Part shown: positions 17,272-25,732 of the stretch, one piece after another
Layout: each line of letters begins with the position of its first letter
Numbering within the stretch: the first letter of the stretch is position 1
Origin: a virus
Virus record (IMG/VR): IMGVR_UViG_3300048824_000144
Location: 1 to 60,309 of that record
Reading direction: 5' to 3' (one strand)
Length of the DNA stretch: 60,309 nucleotides
Translations under genes and position numbers: made by a program
The notes under the pieces: model-generated
Databases searched by the model: none
What the model was told of the DNA's origin: nothing
The model's input: the letters and a program-made list of their open reading frames with translations, nothing else

Positions 17272-17320
17272 GAGAAACCACCCTCAGCGAACGCCCGAGG
17301 GGAAGTGGCTCCTTTTGGAA

Positions 17321-17345
17321 ATCGTAGCTTATTCGTAGCTTATGT
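17321..17345 (+). repeat. integrase arm-type site candidate (ATCGTAGCTTATTCGTAGCTTATGT), copy 1
   Basis: 25-mer identical to 17586-17610; internally a tandem CGTAGCTTAT repeat. Confidence 0.7.
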
Positions 17346-17445
17346 GATCCAAAAAGACCCTAAATCCACTCACGTTCCGTCTGTCAGGGGGTTTCTAAGT
17401 CGTTGCAAACACAAGAAAACAGGCCATGCCAGCAAGAGGGTACTT

Positions 17446-17486
17446 CCCTTAAAAGGGCATTGCTCTACCAACTGAGCTACGCGCCC
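17446..17486 (-). other. tRNA-Lys(TTT) 5'-half-like segment, candidate attP core
   Basis: GGGCGCG TA GCTC AGTTGGTA GAGC A ATGCC CTTTTAA, then the tRNA fold is lost; 10 nt downstream of the integrase stop; flanked by arm repeats. Confidence 0.55.
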
Positions 17487-17495
17487 ACATTGCCT

Positions 17496-18863
17496 TCATT
17501 TCCCTGCTAACCCCCTGATTTGTTTATGTCTTACAGGAGCCAGCCGGGGCGACATCGCCGTCGCTCGCTGCGGAGTTTTTCGGGGATCGTAGCTTATTCG
17601 TAGCTTATGTTTCCCCGCCAAACCCTGCATCTTCTCCTGTTTTACCACATCCGCGCGTCCCTTGCGTTCCTGCTCCCGGTATTCGCCCAGCTTGTGCATC
17701 TCCCGCTTGAGCCGCTCCGGGTTGCGCAGCGCATAGCGGTTGAACATCGAGTCGGTCTTCCAGCCGCAGATGACCTTGATGTCCTCTCGGGTCATCCCGG
17801 CTTCCAGCATGTTGCGGGTCGCGGTGCGGCGCAGATCGTGCACCAGCAGGCGTTGCGTCATGCCCGCCATCGCCGTCACCAGCCGCCACAATTTATCGAA
17901 GCGCTTCACTTCCCGGTCCGCCTCTTTGCCTCGCGTGAACAGGCGATCCTCCGGACCCTTGCCCCGCACCGCCTCGCGCAGGATCTCGACCAGCCGCGGA
18001 CACCACTTGCTGTGAAAGGGAACGTCGCGGGCTTCGCGGTTCTTGCTCTTGTCCCCCGGCAGCCGGATCAGCCCCTCGTGCGGGCTGATGAAGCGCACCT
18101 GCGAAACCACCAGCTTCACCACTTCGCTGTGACGCCAGCCGTAGGTGTACGCCACTTCAAACACGCCTTCGAGCCAGGCCCCGCCCCGCCGCACCGTGCG
18201 GCAGGCCGCCGCAAACGCATCGTGGAAGCCCGTCTCCATGAAGCCTTCGCGCTTGTTGTCGGCGAAGCTCGGGAAGTAGGGCATGGTGCGAATCAGCGGC
18301 GGGTTGCCCCGCGTGCCCAGCTTGAAGCAGCGCCGCAGGATGTTCAGCTCGCGCCCGATGGTCGCGCCCTCGACGTGTTCCGCCTCGCGCTTGCGCACGT
18401 AGCGCAGCACCATGTCGTTCGACACATCCTGCGCCCGCATGGGACCGAAGAAGGGCGCCAGATTGCGTTCCCAGCGCTGCACTCCGTTTTCGATCGACGC
18501 GCGTCCCATGCGATGCCAGTCCTCTTTCACCAACAGAAACAAATCGTTGATCCGTACCTGCCGCGTCTGGGGCGTTCCCGCCACCCCGCCGCGCACCCGC
18601 GCTTTCAACTCTTCGAGCTTGCCGTACGCTTTGTGCTCATCCGTGGTCTCGCTCGACTCGATGTAGGCGCGCCCTTGATGGACGAACTGCAAAATCCAGA
18701 AGGGCGAGGAAGCCTTGCGGTACACCGAACCCTCGCCTTTACGCCTGCGTTGCTTTTCCTGCTGCTTTTGCACTGGCACGTCTGGCGCTCCTTGCTCTCG
18801 GAATAGGCCCGGAGACAGACGATCCCGCCGAGCCGCGCCCAGTGTAAACGAGATCACCCGCAT
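17496..18863 (-). CDS. int: tyrosine recombinase / phage integrase (Int1)
   Basis: 455 aa; LLVHDLRRTA and GWKTDSMFNRYAL (H-x-x-R ... Y) catalytic motifs; GSVYRK...W N-terminal arm-binding-like region. Confidence 0.9.
   Translation of the reverse strand: MRVISFTLGAARRDRLSPGLFREQGAPDVPVQKQQEKQRRRKGEGSVYRKASSPFWILQFVHQGRAYIESSETTDEHKAYGKLEELKARVRGGVAGTPQTRQVRINDLFLLVKEDWHRMGRASIENGVQRWERNLAPFFGPMRAQDVSNDMVLRYVRKREAEHVEGATIGRELNILRRCFKLGTRGNPPLIRTMPYFPSFADNKREGFMETGFHDAFAAACRTVRRGGAWLEGVFEVAYTYGWRHSEVVKLVVSQVRFISPHEGLIRLPGDKSKNREARDVPFHSKWCPRLVEILREAVRGKGPEDRLFTRGKEADREVKRFDKLWRLVTAMAGMTQRLLVHDLRRTATRNMLEAGMTREDIKVICGWKTDSMFNRYALRNPERLKREMHKLGEYREQERKGRADVVKQEKMQGLAGKHKLRISYDPRKTPQRATAMSPRLAPVRHKQIRGLAGK
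17586..17610 (+). repeat. integrase arm-type site candidate, copy 2 (inside the int 3' end)
   Basis: identical 25-mer to 17321-17345. Confidence 0.7.
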
Positions 18864-18890
18864 AAGCTACGATGAACTACGCGCGCTACG
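18862..18890 (-). repeat. inverted cluster of three CGTAG-type arm-site units at the int start codon
   Basis: the minus strand reads CGTAGCGCG CGTAGTTCAT CGTAGCTTATG. Confidence 0.55.
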
Positions 18891-18907
18891 TCCCTTCGAT
18901 TCCCGTC

Positions 18908-19153
18908 TCAGGTCCCGACGCGCTTGTTGCGGTCCACGTAGGCGTCAAGATCGCGGAGATCGAAGGTGAGCCAGCCGTCCCCATTCTGCAGGTACGGCAG
19001 CTTGCCGGTTTTCGCGAGATCGCGGATCGTCCACGCGCTGATTCCCAGGTATTCCGCCGCTTCGCGGGTTTTCAGCATTCTCCGCCGCACCGGGGCCGAG
19101 GGCCGTTTTCTTTCCGCCGGATCCATCAGTTTGCTGGCCAGGGCCGCGCTCAC
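18908..19153 (-). CDS. excisionase-type HTH DNA-binding protein
   Basis: MLKTREAAEYLGISAWTIRDLAKTGKLPY...DLRDLDAYV matches the excisionase/MerR-like HTH_17 pattern; directly upstream of int. Confidence 0.7.
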   Translation of the reverse strand: MSAALASKLMDPAERKRPSAPVRRRMLKTREAAEYLGISAWTIRDLAKTGKLPYLQNGDGWLTFDLRDLDAYVDRNKRVGT

Positions 19154-19476
19154 GAGGCAGCCATCCTTTCCGCGGGAGCGGCCGGGGCCACGAAGGCGGA
19201 CTCCGGCGCATACCGCATCAGGCGGGCCTGCACGCGCAGAAAGACCGCGTGCGGAATGCGCAACACCTGGTAACCGCGCTTGTATTTTTGTTTGCGGCCG
19301 CGCAGCAGACGGCTGCTTTCGCCGAAGTGCAGCACGCCCGGCTCGTTGAGGAACTGGCGCCGGACCGTGTCATAACTCACGTTCCATTGTACGGCGATCT
19401 CGCTGATGGTGAGAGGTGGCGGGGACGGGACGTTCGATGCTGGCGCTGTCTTGCGCTCAGCCGCGAGGCTGGGCAT
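19150..19476 (-). CDS. HTH DNA-binding protein (regulator candidate)
   Basis: LTISEIAVQWNVSYDTVRRQF helix-turn-helix; faces the operator-rich intergenic region. Confidence 0.6.
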   Translation of the reverse strand: MPSLAAERKTAPASNVPSPPPLTISEIAVQWNVSYDTVRRQFLNEPGVLHFGESSRLLRGRKQKYKRGYQVLRIPHAVFLRVQARLMRYAPESAFVAPAAPAERMAAS

Positions 19477-19772
19477 ACTCGTGGCTCCTGTTCCAAAAGA
19501 GTTTGGGTGGTCACCCTAGGCGTGCCGACCACGGCCACTCAGATTGTTCTTTTCTGACTTCCCAGTGAGCGGAACAGCTCGAGGATCAGATGCGGCTCAC
19601 TTTACGCCCTCGCACAAAAGTCTGTCAATCGCGGAAATAGCCGAGTCTGCGAATCGTGCAAATCTAGCGTATGTCGGAGTGAATAAGTTGTGGAAATCGA
19701 GGATCGTTCGCCGCTGTGAATCTCCCCTAAAGCCTTTGCCAGGAAGGTGCTGCAGTTTCCACAGCGCGATCT

Positions 19773-19886
19773 AGCCACAGGTGGCTTTCGGCGCACACGC
19801 CTGCCCCCAACCTAGCCGCTGGCTTTCGTCCATTTTCCAGCCGAAAGGCACCGGCTGGCTAGGTCAAAAACGCACCCGCTGGCTTG
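19773..19886. promoter_or_regulatory. operator-like motif cluster
   Basis: AGCCACAGGTGGCT palindrome (19773-19786), CCGCTGGCTTT (19816), CCGGCTGGCTA (19851), CCGCTGGCTTG (19876); one more CCGGCTGGCTT at 21721 beyond the IS. Confidence 0.5.
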
Positions 19887-19968
19887 GCCCTTTTTTCGGA
19901 TTTCGTAACAAGACAATCTGGATGCTGTCGATCTCGCCGCCAGCCCGTCCCTAATCTTTTCAAGGGAA

Positions 19969-20106
19969 TTATATAGATGACTCGCTCCTTCGACGCTTTG
20001 CATACTGATCTCTCCGCTTCCGGCGCTTGGCCGCTTTGGTCTTGGGTTTCGGACGATACGAGAGAACTTTGTCCGCGATTCGATCTAGCTCTGGGGGAGT
20101 TTTCAT
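19969..20106 (-). CDS. small basic protein inside the IS (conserved in both IS copies)
   Basis: 45 aa MKTPPELDRIADKVLSYRPKPK...; ATGA overlap with the transposase stop; homologue at 43429-43551. Confidence 0.4.
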   Translation of the reverse strand: MKTPPELDRIADKVLSYRPKPKTKAAKRRKRRDQYAKRRRSESSI

Positions 20107-21029
20107 GCTGTCAGTTCCTTGTAGGTGAGATGCTTTCCGACTACCGCGACTACGAACGAATCCAGCCGCTCCAGAGTGTGACGGCTCACATTGCCGACGT
20201 TCAGGCGGAACGTAAACTCATCCACGTAGCGGTGCAGATGCTTCTTGGAAACCTGATGGTAAACGCCATACACTCCGCGCTTGAGTACGGCCCAAACGGA
20301 TTCAATGCTGTTCGTGCTAACGCCGTTCTCGGAGTAGATTCCAGCCGTGTGATTGATCGCTTCGTGCCGAAAGAACAGACCGTCAAGGCCGACGTATCCG
20401 GTCGCTTCGTCCGTAAAGATCGTGGAACCTACTTCGACGTTGGCATGGACAGCCGATTGCAGCGCGGCCATGTCGGTAGCCTCAATCGGCATCGCTACGG
20501 TGCGTCCGCCGCGCTCCCTGAGTCCTACGACAGCCGTCTTCCCGACGCTTCCACGTCCGGCCTTGAGTTTTTTGTGTTCGTGCTTGTTGCGCTCTTTTCC
20601 ACCGATGAAGCATTCGTCTACTTCGACGATGCCGCGCAACTTGTCAAGGTCATCGCCAGAGCCGCACGCCTCGCGGAGACGTTGGAGCATGAACCATGCC
20701 GACTTCTGGGTAACACCGATCTCTTTCCCCAATTGCAAGCTGGAGATGCCCTTGCGTGCGGTTACGAGCAGGTACATGGCATAGAGCCATTTGTGCAACG
20801 GAATATGGCTGCGCTCGAAGATCGTCCCTGTACGGATCGTGAAATCGAGAGAACAGGCATTGCAGCGATAGAAGCCAACCTTGGGTTGCTTGCCGATGCG
20901 CTCACGGTTCTTACATTCAGGGCAGAACGGACCATCGGGCCAAATCCGCGATTCGAGATAGAGCCGTGCCGACTCAGGGGTCGGGAACATCTCGAAAAGT
21001 TGAAAGGTGCTGATTGTAGATTTGCTCAT
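20103..21029 (-). CDS. IS1595-family (ISXO2-like) DDE transposase
   Basis: 308 aa; N-terminal zinc ribbon CPECK...CNAC, then HKWLYAMYLLVTARKGISSLQL and DECFIGG...TDE..GY typical of ISXO2-like transposases. Confidence 0.9.
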   Translation of the reverse strand: MSKSTISTFQLFEMFPTPESARLYLESRIWPDGPFCPECKNRERIGKQPKVGFYRCNACSLDFTIRTGTIFERSHIPLHKWLYAMYLLVTARKGISSLQLGKEIGVTQKSAWFMLQRLREACGSGDDLDKLRGIVEVDECFIGGKERNKHEHKKLKAGRGSVGKTAVVGLRERGGRTVAMPIEATDMAALQSAVHANVEVGSTIFTDEATGYVGLDGLFFRHEAINHTAGIYSENGVSTNSIESVWAVLKRGVYGVYHQVSKKHLHRYVDEFTFRLNVGNVSRHTLERLDSFVVAVVGKHLTYKELTA

Positions 21030-21032
21030 AAC

Positions 21033-21494
21033 TTAACTTCCCCACTGGTGTTCCGTAATGCTCACTTCCTCCGATTCCAGCATGGAAGCAATCTGTTCTG
21101 CATCTTCGCGTCGGCAAAACCGGATGGCCTTTGCAGAATCCGTTGTCCATTCAAAAGTCCAACTCGCTATCAGCCATTGCGGGGCGCCACCATACAAAGC
21201 AGGGCGTTTTTCTATCAACCAACCAGCTTCCACAGAGGAATGACCGCCTGATGAATGCAATGGTTCAGCATCGAAGATATGCCCTGACCCGCACCAGTAG
21301 ATCAAGCCATTACCATCAAGCAATTCTTCGCACCTTGGATGTGGGCAAAGTTTCGGAGTTAGGATTAGGGTCAGATCATCATCTTCCCGTCTCGCGGTCT
21401 CCGATTTGCATTGGGGGTGGCAGGTGATACCTCGATCCCTCTCGATTAACAATCCGCATCCGGTGCAGTGGATATACCCAGTTATCTCAGCCAT
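21033..21494 (-). CDS. zinc-ribbon cargo protein of IS copy 1
   Basis: 153 aa; CTGC...CHPQC...CPHPRC; stop 4 nt before the transposase ATG. Confidence 0.6.
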   Translation of the reverse strand: MAEITGYIHCTGCGLLIERDRGITCHPQCKSETARREDDDLTLILTPKLCPHPRCEELLDGNGLIYWCGSGHIFDAEPLHSSGGHSSVEAGWLIEKRPALYGGAPQWLIASWTFEWTTDSAKAIRFCRREDAEQIASMLESEEVSITEHQWGS

Positions 21495-21746
21495 TTCGTT
21501 CTCCTCAACTTCCTATATAGTAGATAACTCGCTGCATTTTGTCAAGAACTTTAGTCGTTTTGTTCTGAAAGGGTTAGCGACTCATGTATATAATTCCCCT
21601 TTTCAAGGAGTTCCCTTCTCGCCAAAGTGCCGATTCGTCGGCACCGTGCCGAAATCTCGGCAGAGGACGAGACGTGCCCGCCGCGCCTTTCCGGAAAATG
21701 GAACGTAAAATAACAAGCCTCCGGCTGGCTTCTAGGATCACCGAAT

Positions 21747-21756
21747 GTGGTATATA
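21747..21756 (+). promoter_or_regulatory. candidate extended -10 (TGTGGTATATA) of rightward early promoter
   Basis: TG-n-TATATA about 75 nt upstream of the first plus-strand gene, just after a CCGGCTGGCTT motif. Confidence 0.35.
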
Positions 21757-21830
21757 AGAGCAACGACGATCCCTGGGGCCTTCTGTACCACGGGAGCTGT
21801 TTTTTATTCCCGGGAAGGGGGGCGAGCTCC

Positions 21831-22184
21831 ATGGGCCGCGAGAAGCCGGCCGCCAGCGAAACTTTCGAGGTCTGGCGTGCCTCTTTTCAAACCGCGGTAG
21901 TAGACCGTTTCCCGACACTAGCCCATCTTCTAGCCAAGCCGGACGGCGTGCAATTGTTGCGCGCCGTGTGGGAAGTCTTGCAGGGCGCCGAGGCCGAAGA
22001 AGAGATCTGCTGTCCCATCCATCCCCTCACTCTCCTGGTATGCCCGCGCTGCATCGCCTCTAAAGGCGGCGCCGCCACCGCCATCAAATATACTCACGAG
22101 CAACTCGCGCGCTGGGGACGGAAAGGCGGACGCCCGAGGAAGAAGGCCAGAAAGCGCAAGGCGGCGCCAGCCACCACGCCATAG
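21831..22184 (+). CDS. hypothetical protein with basic C-terminus
   Basis: 117 aa from ATG 21831; CCPIHPLTLLVCPRC; WGRKGGRPRKKARKRK tail. Confidence 0.55.
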   Translation: MGREKPAASETFEVWRASFQTAVVDRFPTLAHLLAKPDGVQLLRAVWEVLQGAEAEEEICCPIHPLTLLVCPRCIASKGGAATAIKYTHEQLARWGRKGGRPRKKARKRKAAPATTP

Positions 22185-22204
22185 AAACTGTCGAGAGTCC
22201 CCGC

Positions 22205-22483
22205 TCAGTTGTGGCTGTGCGCGCCTCTGCCGTCGCCGTACCACCAATCCAGCAGTTCGCCGGTCTCGGCCCGCAAGCACCATTCCGCCTCCGCCTCGAG
22301 CAGCCGGTCGACGCGATGGCGCGCTGGCGGTGTGGAGGCGCGCTGGAGATTCTTCGGGCCGCGCCCCGAGAGAGGAAGCGCGCCGAGAGAATCGCCGCCA
22401 AGGATGCTATCTTGAGATCGGGCACAGTGGACGCACTCTAGCACAGCCGCGACATTCTGATTCCCGCTATTTGCTGTGCACAC
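22205..22483 (-). CDS. possible small protein on the opposite strand (uncertain)
   Basis: C-terminal part VDRLLEAEAEWCLRAETGELLDWWYGDG looks coding; only a GTG start and no clear RBS. Confidence 0.25.
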   Translation of the reverse strand: MCTANSGNQNVAAVLECVHCARSQDSILGGDSLGALPLSGRGPKNLQRASTPPARHRVDRLLEAEAEWCLRAETGELLDWWYGDGRGAHSHN

Positions 22484-22732
22484 CTGTGATCCGGTGAGGA
22501 AAACCCAGTAGTGGCTTGCCCGGACCGACGCAATGAAAGATCGCCCGCAGCGGGATTCGGCCCATTTTGCCTCGATTGGAAACTGGTTTTCCCCGGCAAT
22601 CCACAGCTTTTTTCTTTTTCCAACAGCATCTCCACCAGGAACCGCTTCTGCCTCTTCCCCAAAGCTTGACAAACTGATATTCCTGCCCCGGTCGGAAAAA
22701 GCCAGTACTGGCTCCCGGCTCTCCTGGACAAA

Positions 22733-23545
22733 ATGCTCGGTGCTCTGGAAGTGAAGGTGATCGCGCGTCTCGCCGCCCAGCACGGCTCCGCTTGGAAGCC
22801 GCTGCACACGGCTGTGATGTCCTGCCTGCTGGCCCACCGCAATCGCCGCACCGGGAACTGCTGGCCGGAGCGTAAGGCGATTGCCAGCTACTGCGGCCGC
22901 AGCGTGCGGACTGTCGACCGGGCGGTCGACCAACTGGTGGCTTGGGGCGCTATCAAACGCCAGCAGCCGCGGGCGGTTTCCAGCCAGCGTTTCCGCGAGG
23001 CGCAATACGTTTTCCTCTTCGAGCTTCCCTCTGCAACCTCGAGCCGTGCGACAAAATCAGCCGGAGCCGTGCGACAAAATCAACCGGAGCCGTGCGACAA
23101 AATCGGGGGGGGCAATAAGGAAGAAGGGAAAGGTCTAGAGCAAGCCAAAGATCCCAAGGGAAAGAATACCGCGCCCGACGAAATTCCAGCCCAGGAGGAC
23201 CAAGTGCCCGAGATCGAGATTCCGAAGTTGCAACAGGCAGCAGTGCGCGTGATGGAGATGATCGGCATGCCCATCACTACGGGGAATCAAAGCAGAGTCG
23301 AAGCCGGCATCGTGGCGGAAGCCAAATTCTCCGGTCGTGACATCGAGGAGACGGCGCGAGCGATCGCACACGCCGCGCTCGACGACCAGCGCCGGGGCGT
23401 GGCCATCAACAAGTGGTATTTCGAAGACACGAAGTGGCGTCAGGGAGGCAGTGGAAATGGAAGAAAACTTACTCAGGCCGAACGAGCGCTCGATGCCTGC
23501 GAGCAGGCCAAAGCAAACATCCGTCGGCGACACGGTGGAGGATGA
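22733..23545 (+). CDS. replication initiator-like winged-helix protein (iterons inside the gene)
   Basis: CWPERKAIASYCGRSVRTVDRAVDQLVAWGAI HTH typical of phage/plasmid replication organisers; three 23-bp iterons within the ORF. Confidence 0.7.
   Translation: MLGALEVKVIARLAAQHGSAWKPLHTAVMSCLLAHRNRRTGNCWPERKAIASYCGRSVRTVDRAVDQLVAWGAIKRQQPRAVSSQRFREAQYVFLFELPSATSSRATKSAGAVRQNQPEPCDKIGGGNKEEGKGLEQAKDPKGKNTAPDEIPAQEDQVPEIEIPKLQQAAVRVMEMIGMPITTGNQSRVEAGIVAEAKFSGRDIEETARAIAHAALDDQRRGVAINKWYFEDTKWRQGGSGNGRKLTQAERALDACEQAKANIRRRHGGG
23041..23109 (+). repeat. three tandem 23-bp iterons (candidate origin of replication)
   Basis: GAGCCGTGCGACAAAATCA(G/A)CCG at 23041, 23064 and 23087; the period is not a multiple of 3. 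Confidence 0.75.
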
Positions 23546-24536
23546 AGAGCGGGCGAGTTGCAAAATGCAGTCGAGTTTCAAGATTTGGATCGTTGAACAA
23601 TTGACTCTGGTCGCCATCTCTCTCGGCGATGCTGTGACCACCGAACGCCTGGAAACCTGTGCCGAGGATCTTGCCGACATTCCCCGCGACGCGCTGGCCC
23701 TGGCGTTCGTAAAAGTGCGGCGCGAATACGAGTATCCCAAGCTTCCGCCGGTAAGCTATATCCGCAAGATGGCCGGCGCCGGGCCACACGCGGATGGACG
23801 CCCGGGCCCGGAGGAAGCGTGGGCCAGAATGCCCAAGGGCGATCGCATGGAGGACGACACAATCGTGTGGCGCGAGGAAGAACGCGCCGCCTACTTCGCG
23901 TGCCGTAGTTTGCTTTTGGAGGGTGACCAGATCGGCGCGCGCATGGCTTTCAAGGAACGCTACGAAAAAGAACTGGCGCAAGCGCGCTCCCAGGGCAGGC
24001 CTGTGGAATGGACGATCAGCGCCGGCTTCGACGTTGAGCAGCGCTTGTCGGCGCTGGCCGCGGCCGTGCAGGAGAAACGCATCAGCCTGGACGCCGCGAT
24101 CCAGTTTGTCCCCGGCGAACGGCGTAATGACTTCGCGCACATGCTGCCGGCGGCAGAAGCGAAAGGGCTGCTGACCGGCGAGGTCGCTTATCGGGAGATC
24201 GATCCTCTAGCGAAGCTGGCGAATGTTCCGGGCATAACCGGCATGCTGGCCAGGATGCAGATGGCGGGCTCTCTCCCCGAGGAACTAAAGGCTGATCCAC
24301 CCAAACCCAAACCTTCGCCGCTGAGTGACGCGGAGCGGGCAGAACGCAGAAAACGAGAGCACGACTTTATCCGCGCGCGCATGGAGAGCGAAGCCGGCCA
24401 CACGTTGACCGACGAGGAAATCCGGCAGCGCCAGATCGATGCCGGGCGCCGCGTCATGGAGCGCGAGGCGGAGCTGGCGAAACCACCCCAGCCTGAGAAA
24501 GCAGAGGCGACGGTGCCGGAGAAGCAGGAGGCATAA
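23457..24536 (+). CDS. hypothetical replication-module protein
   Basis: GGAGG RBS before ATG 23457 (alternative start 23565); coding-looking throughout, Glu/Arg-rich coiled C-terminus. Confidence 0.6.
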   Translation: MEENLLRPNERSMPASRPKQTSVGDTVEDEERASCKMQSSFKIWIVEQLTLVAISLGDAVTTERLETCAEDLADIPRDALALAFVKVRREYEYPKLPPVSYIRKMAGAGPHADGRPGPEEAWARMPKGDRMEDDTIVWREEERAAYFACRSLLLEGDQIGARMAFKERYEKELAQARSQGRPVEWTISAGFDVEQRLSALAAAVQEKRISLDAAIQFVPGERRNDFAHMLPAAEAKGLLTGEVAYREIDPLAKLANVPGITGMLARMQMAGSLPEELKADPPKPKPSPLSDAERAERRKREHDFIRARMESEAGHTLTDEEIRQRQIDAGRRVMEREAELAKPPQPEKAEATVPEKQEA

Positions 24537-24538
24537 GC

Positions 24539-25003
24539 GTGCCCATTAAGAACTACACCACGGAAGTCGGCGTAGACCGCACCATCGGCGAGATCAGTTC
24601 CATGCTGGCCTCGCACGGAGCGCGCAGCGTGCAGGTGGATTACGACGGCACGGGCAAGGCCGAGGGCGTGGGCTTCAATTTCCCCGTGGCCGGCCAGATG
24701 ATTCACTTCCGGCTGCCAGCGAACGTCGAAGGCGTCGGCGCGGCGATGGAGCGGCAGGGCGTGGCTGCCCGTTCCCATCAGAAAGGCGGGCGCTCGGTGG
24801 ATCAGCCCCGCAAAGTGGCGTGGCGCATTTTGAAGGATTGGGTGGCGGCACAGATGGCGATTGTCGAAGCGGGCGCAGCCCAGCTCGCCGAAGTATTCCT
24901 GCCCTACGCCGTACAAGCGGACGGCAAAACGGTCTATCAGGCGTTCGAGGAAAATCAGCAGAAGCAGCTGCGGGCGAAGAATCATCCCGCGAAGAGCGCA
25001 TGA
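24539..25003 (+). CDS. hypothetical protein
   Basis: 154 aa; GTG start with GGAGG RBS. Confidence 0.65.
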   Translation: MPIKNYTTEVGVDRTIGEISSMLASHGARSVQVDYDGTGKAEGVGFNFPVAGQMIHFRLPANVEGVGAAMERQGVAARSHQKGGRSVDQPRKVAWRILKDWVAAQMAIVEAGAAQLAEVFLPYAVQADGKTVYQAFEENQQKQLRAKNHPAKSA

Positions 25004-25386
25004 AACGCAGCAGCACCAACCCGCCAGTGATTACCGATCTGCCAGTTCGAAAACTGGCGGGACTGACGAGGCCCGCGCCAAAGGCGGCGACAAAATCCCG
25101 GACAAATGGCCGGACAAAATTGCAGCCCTTCGTGGAGTGCGATCCGCGCCGGTTGGACGATGCGTACCTGGCGCAGGTTCCGACTTGGGAGCTGGGCGCG
25201 ATGTTCTCGGCGCCGCATCCCGAAGCGGCCGTGGTCATGGCGCCGGGCAAACTGGACGTGCTGCCCGCGCCGGTTGCAAAGCCGCAGCCACCGGCGAAGC
25301 CGAAGAAGGGCGAGGAAGAGTGGCTTTCAGGAGAGGAGCTTTCAGGAGAAGATCATGGCAACGGTCTACATGTACAGCGGGGGTGA
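25000..25386 (+). CDS. hypothetical Pro/Lys-rich protein
   Basis: ATG 25000 overlaps the upstream stop (ATGA). Confidence 0.5.
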   Translation: MKRSSTNPPVITDLPVRKLAGLTRPAPKAATKSRTNGRTKLQPFVECDPRRLDDAYLAQVPTWELGAMFSAPHPEAAVVMAPGKLDVLPAPVAKPQPPAKPKKGEEEWLSGEELSGEDHGNGLHVQRG

Positions 25387-25732
25387 GCTGGTGCGAACCT
25401 ACCAAGGCGCGCAAAGACGGCGTGGAGGCGAAGCGGTGAGCCTGCCCCACAAAACCCGTCCAGTGCAGGTTTGGGTCGACGCCGATCTCGGCATCGCGGA
25501 CCTGGTGGTCTATCTCAACACCATTCCGGGCGTGCGTACGGACGCGAGCTGTCAGGGAACCATCGGCGAAGGCGGTCCGAATCCCTACCGCGCGCAGGTG
25601 ATGTGCCACTGGACGAACGAAGCGTGGCCGCGGCTGCGCGAGGAATTCGATATCACTCCGCTGGGCATGAATTGGGGCTATGTGCATCCCAGAAATCCGG
25701 AAGACGAGGCCAAGCATGAGCACAACGATTGA
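25355..25732 (+). CDS. hypothetical protein
   Basis: 125 aa from ATG 25355 with AGGAGAAG RBS. Confidence 0.6.
   Translation: MATVYMYSGGELVRTYQGAQRRRGGEAVSLPHKTRPVQVWVDADLGIADLVVYLNTIPGVRTDASCQGTIGEGGPNPYRAQVMCHWTNEAWPRLREEFDITPLGMNWGYVHPRNPEDEAKHEHND

Larger units (their letters stand above)
19964..21598 (-). mobile_element. IS1595-family insertion sequence with cargo (IS copy 1)
   Basis: imperfect inverted ends GGGAATTATATAGATGACTCGC / GCGACTCATGTATATAATTCCC; perfect 8-bp target duplication CTTTTCAA at 19956-19963 and 21599-21606; visibly lower G+C. Confidence 0.85.

Noticed and set aside
19977-21251. 424-aa plus-strand ORF across IS copy 1 (and the 517-aa ORF 43541-45094 across IS copy 2)
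   Set aside because: They are antisense to clearly recognisable IS1595 transposases, and their translations are low-complexity.
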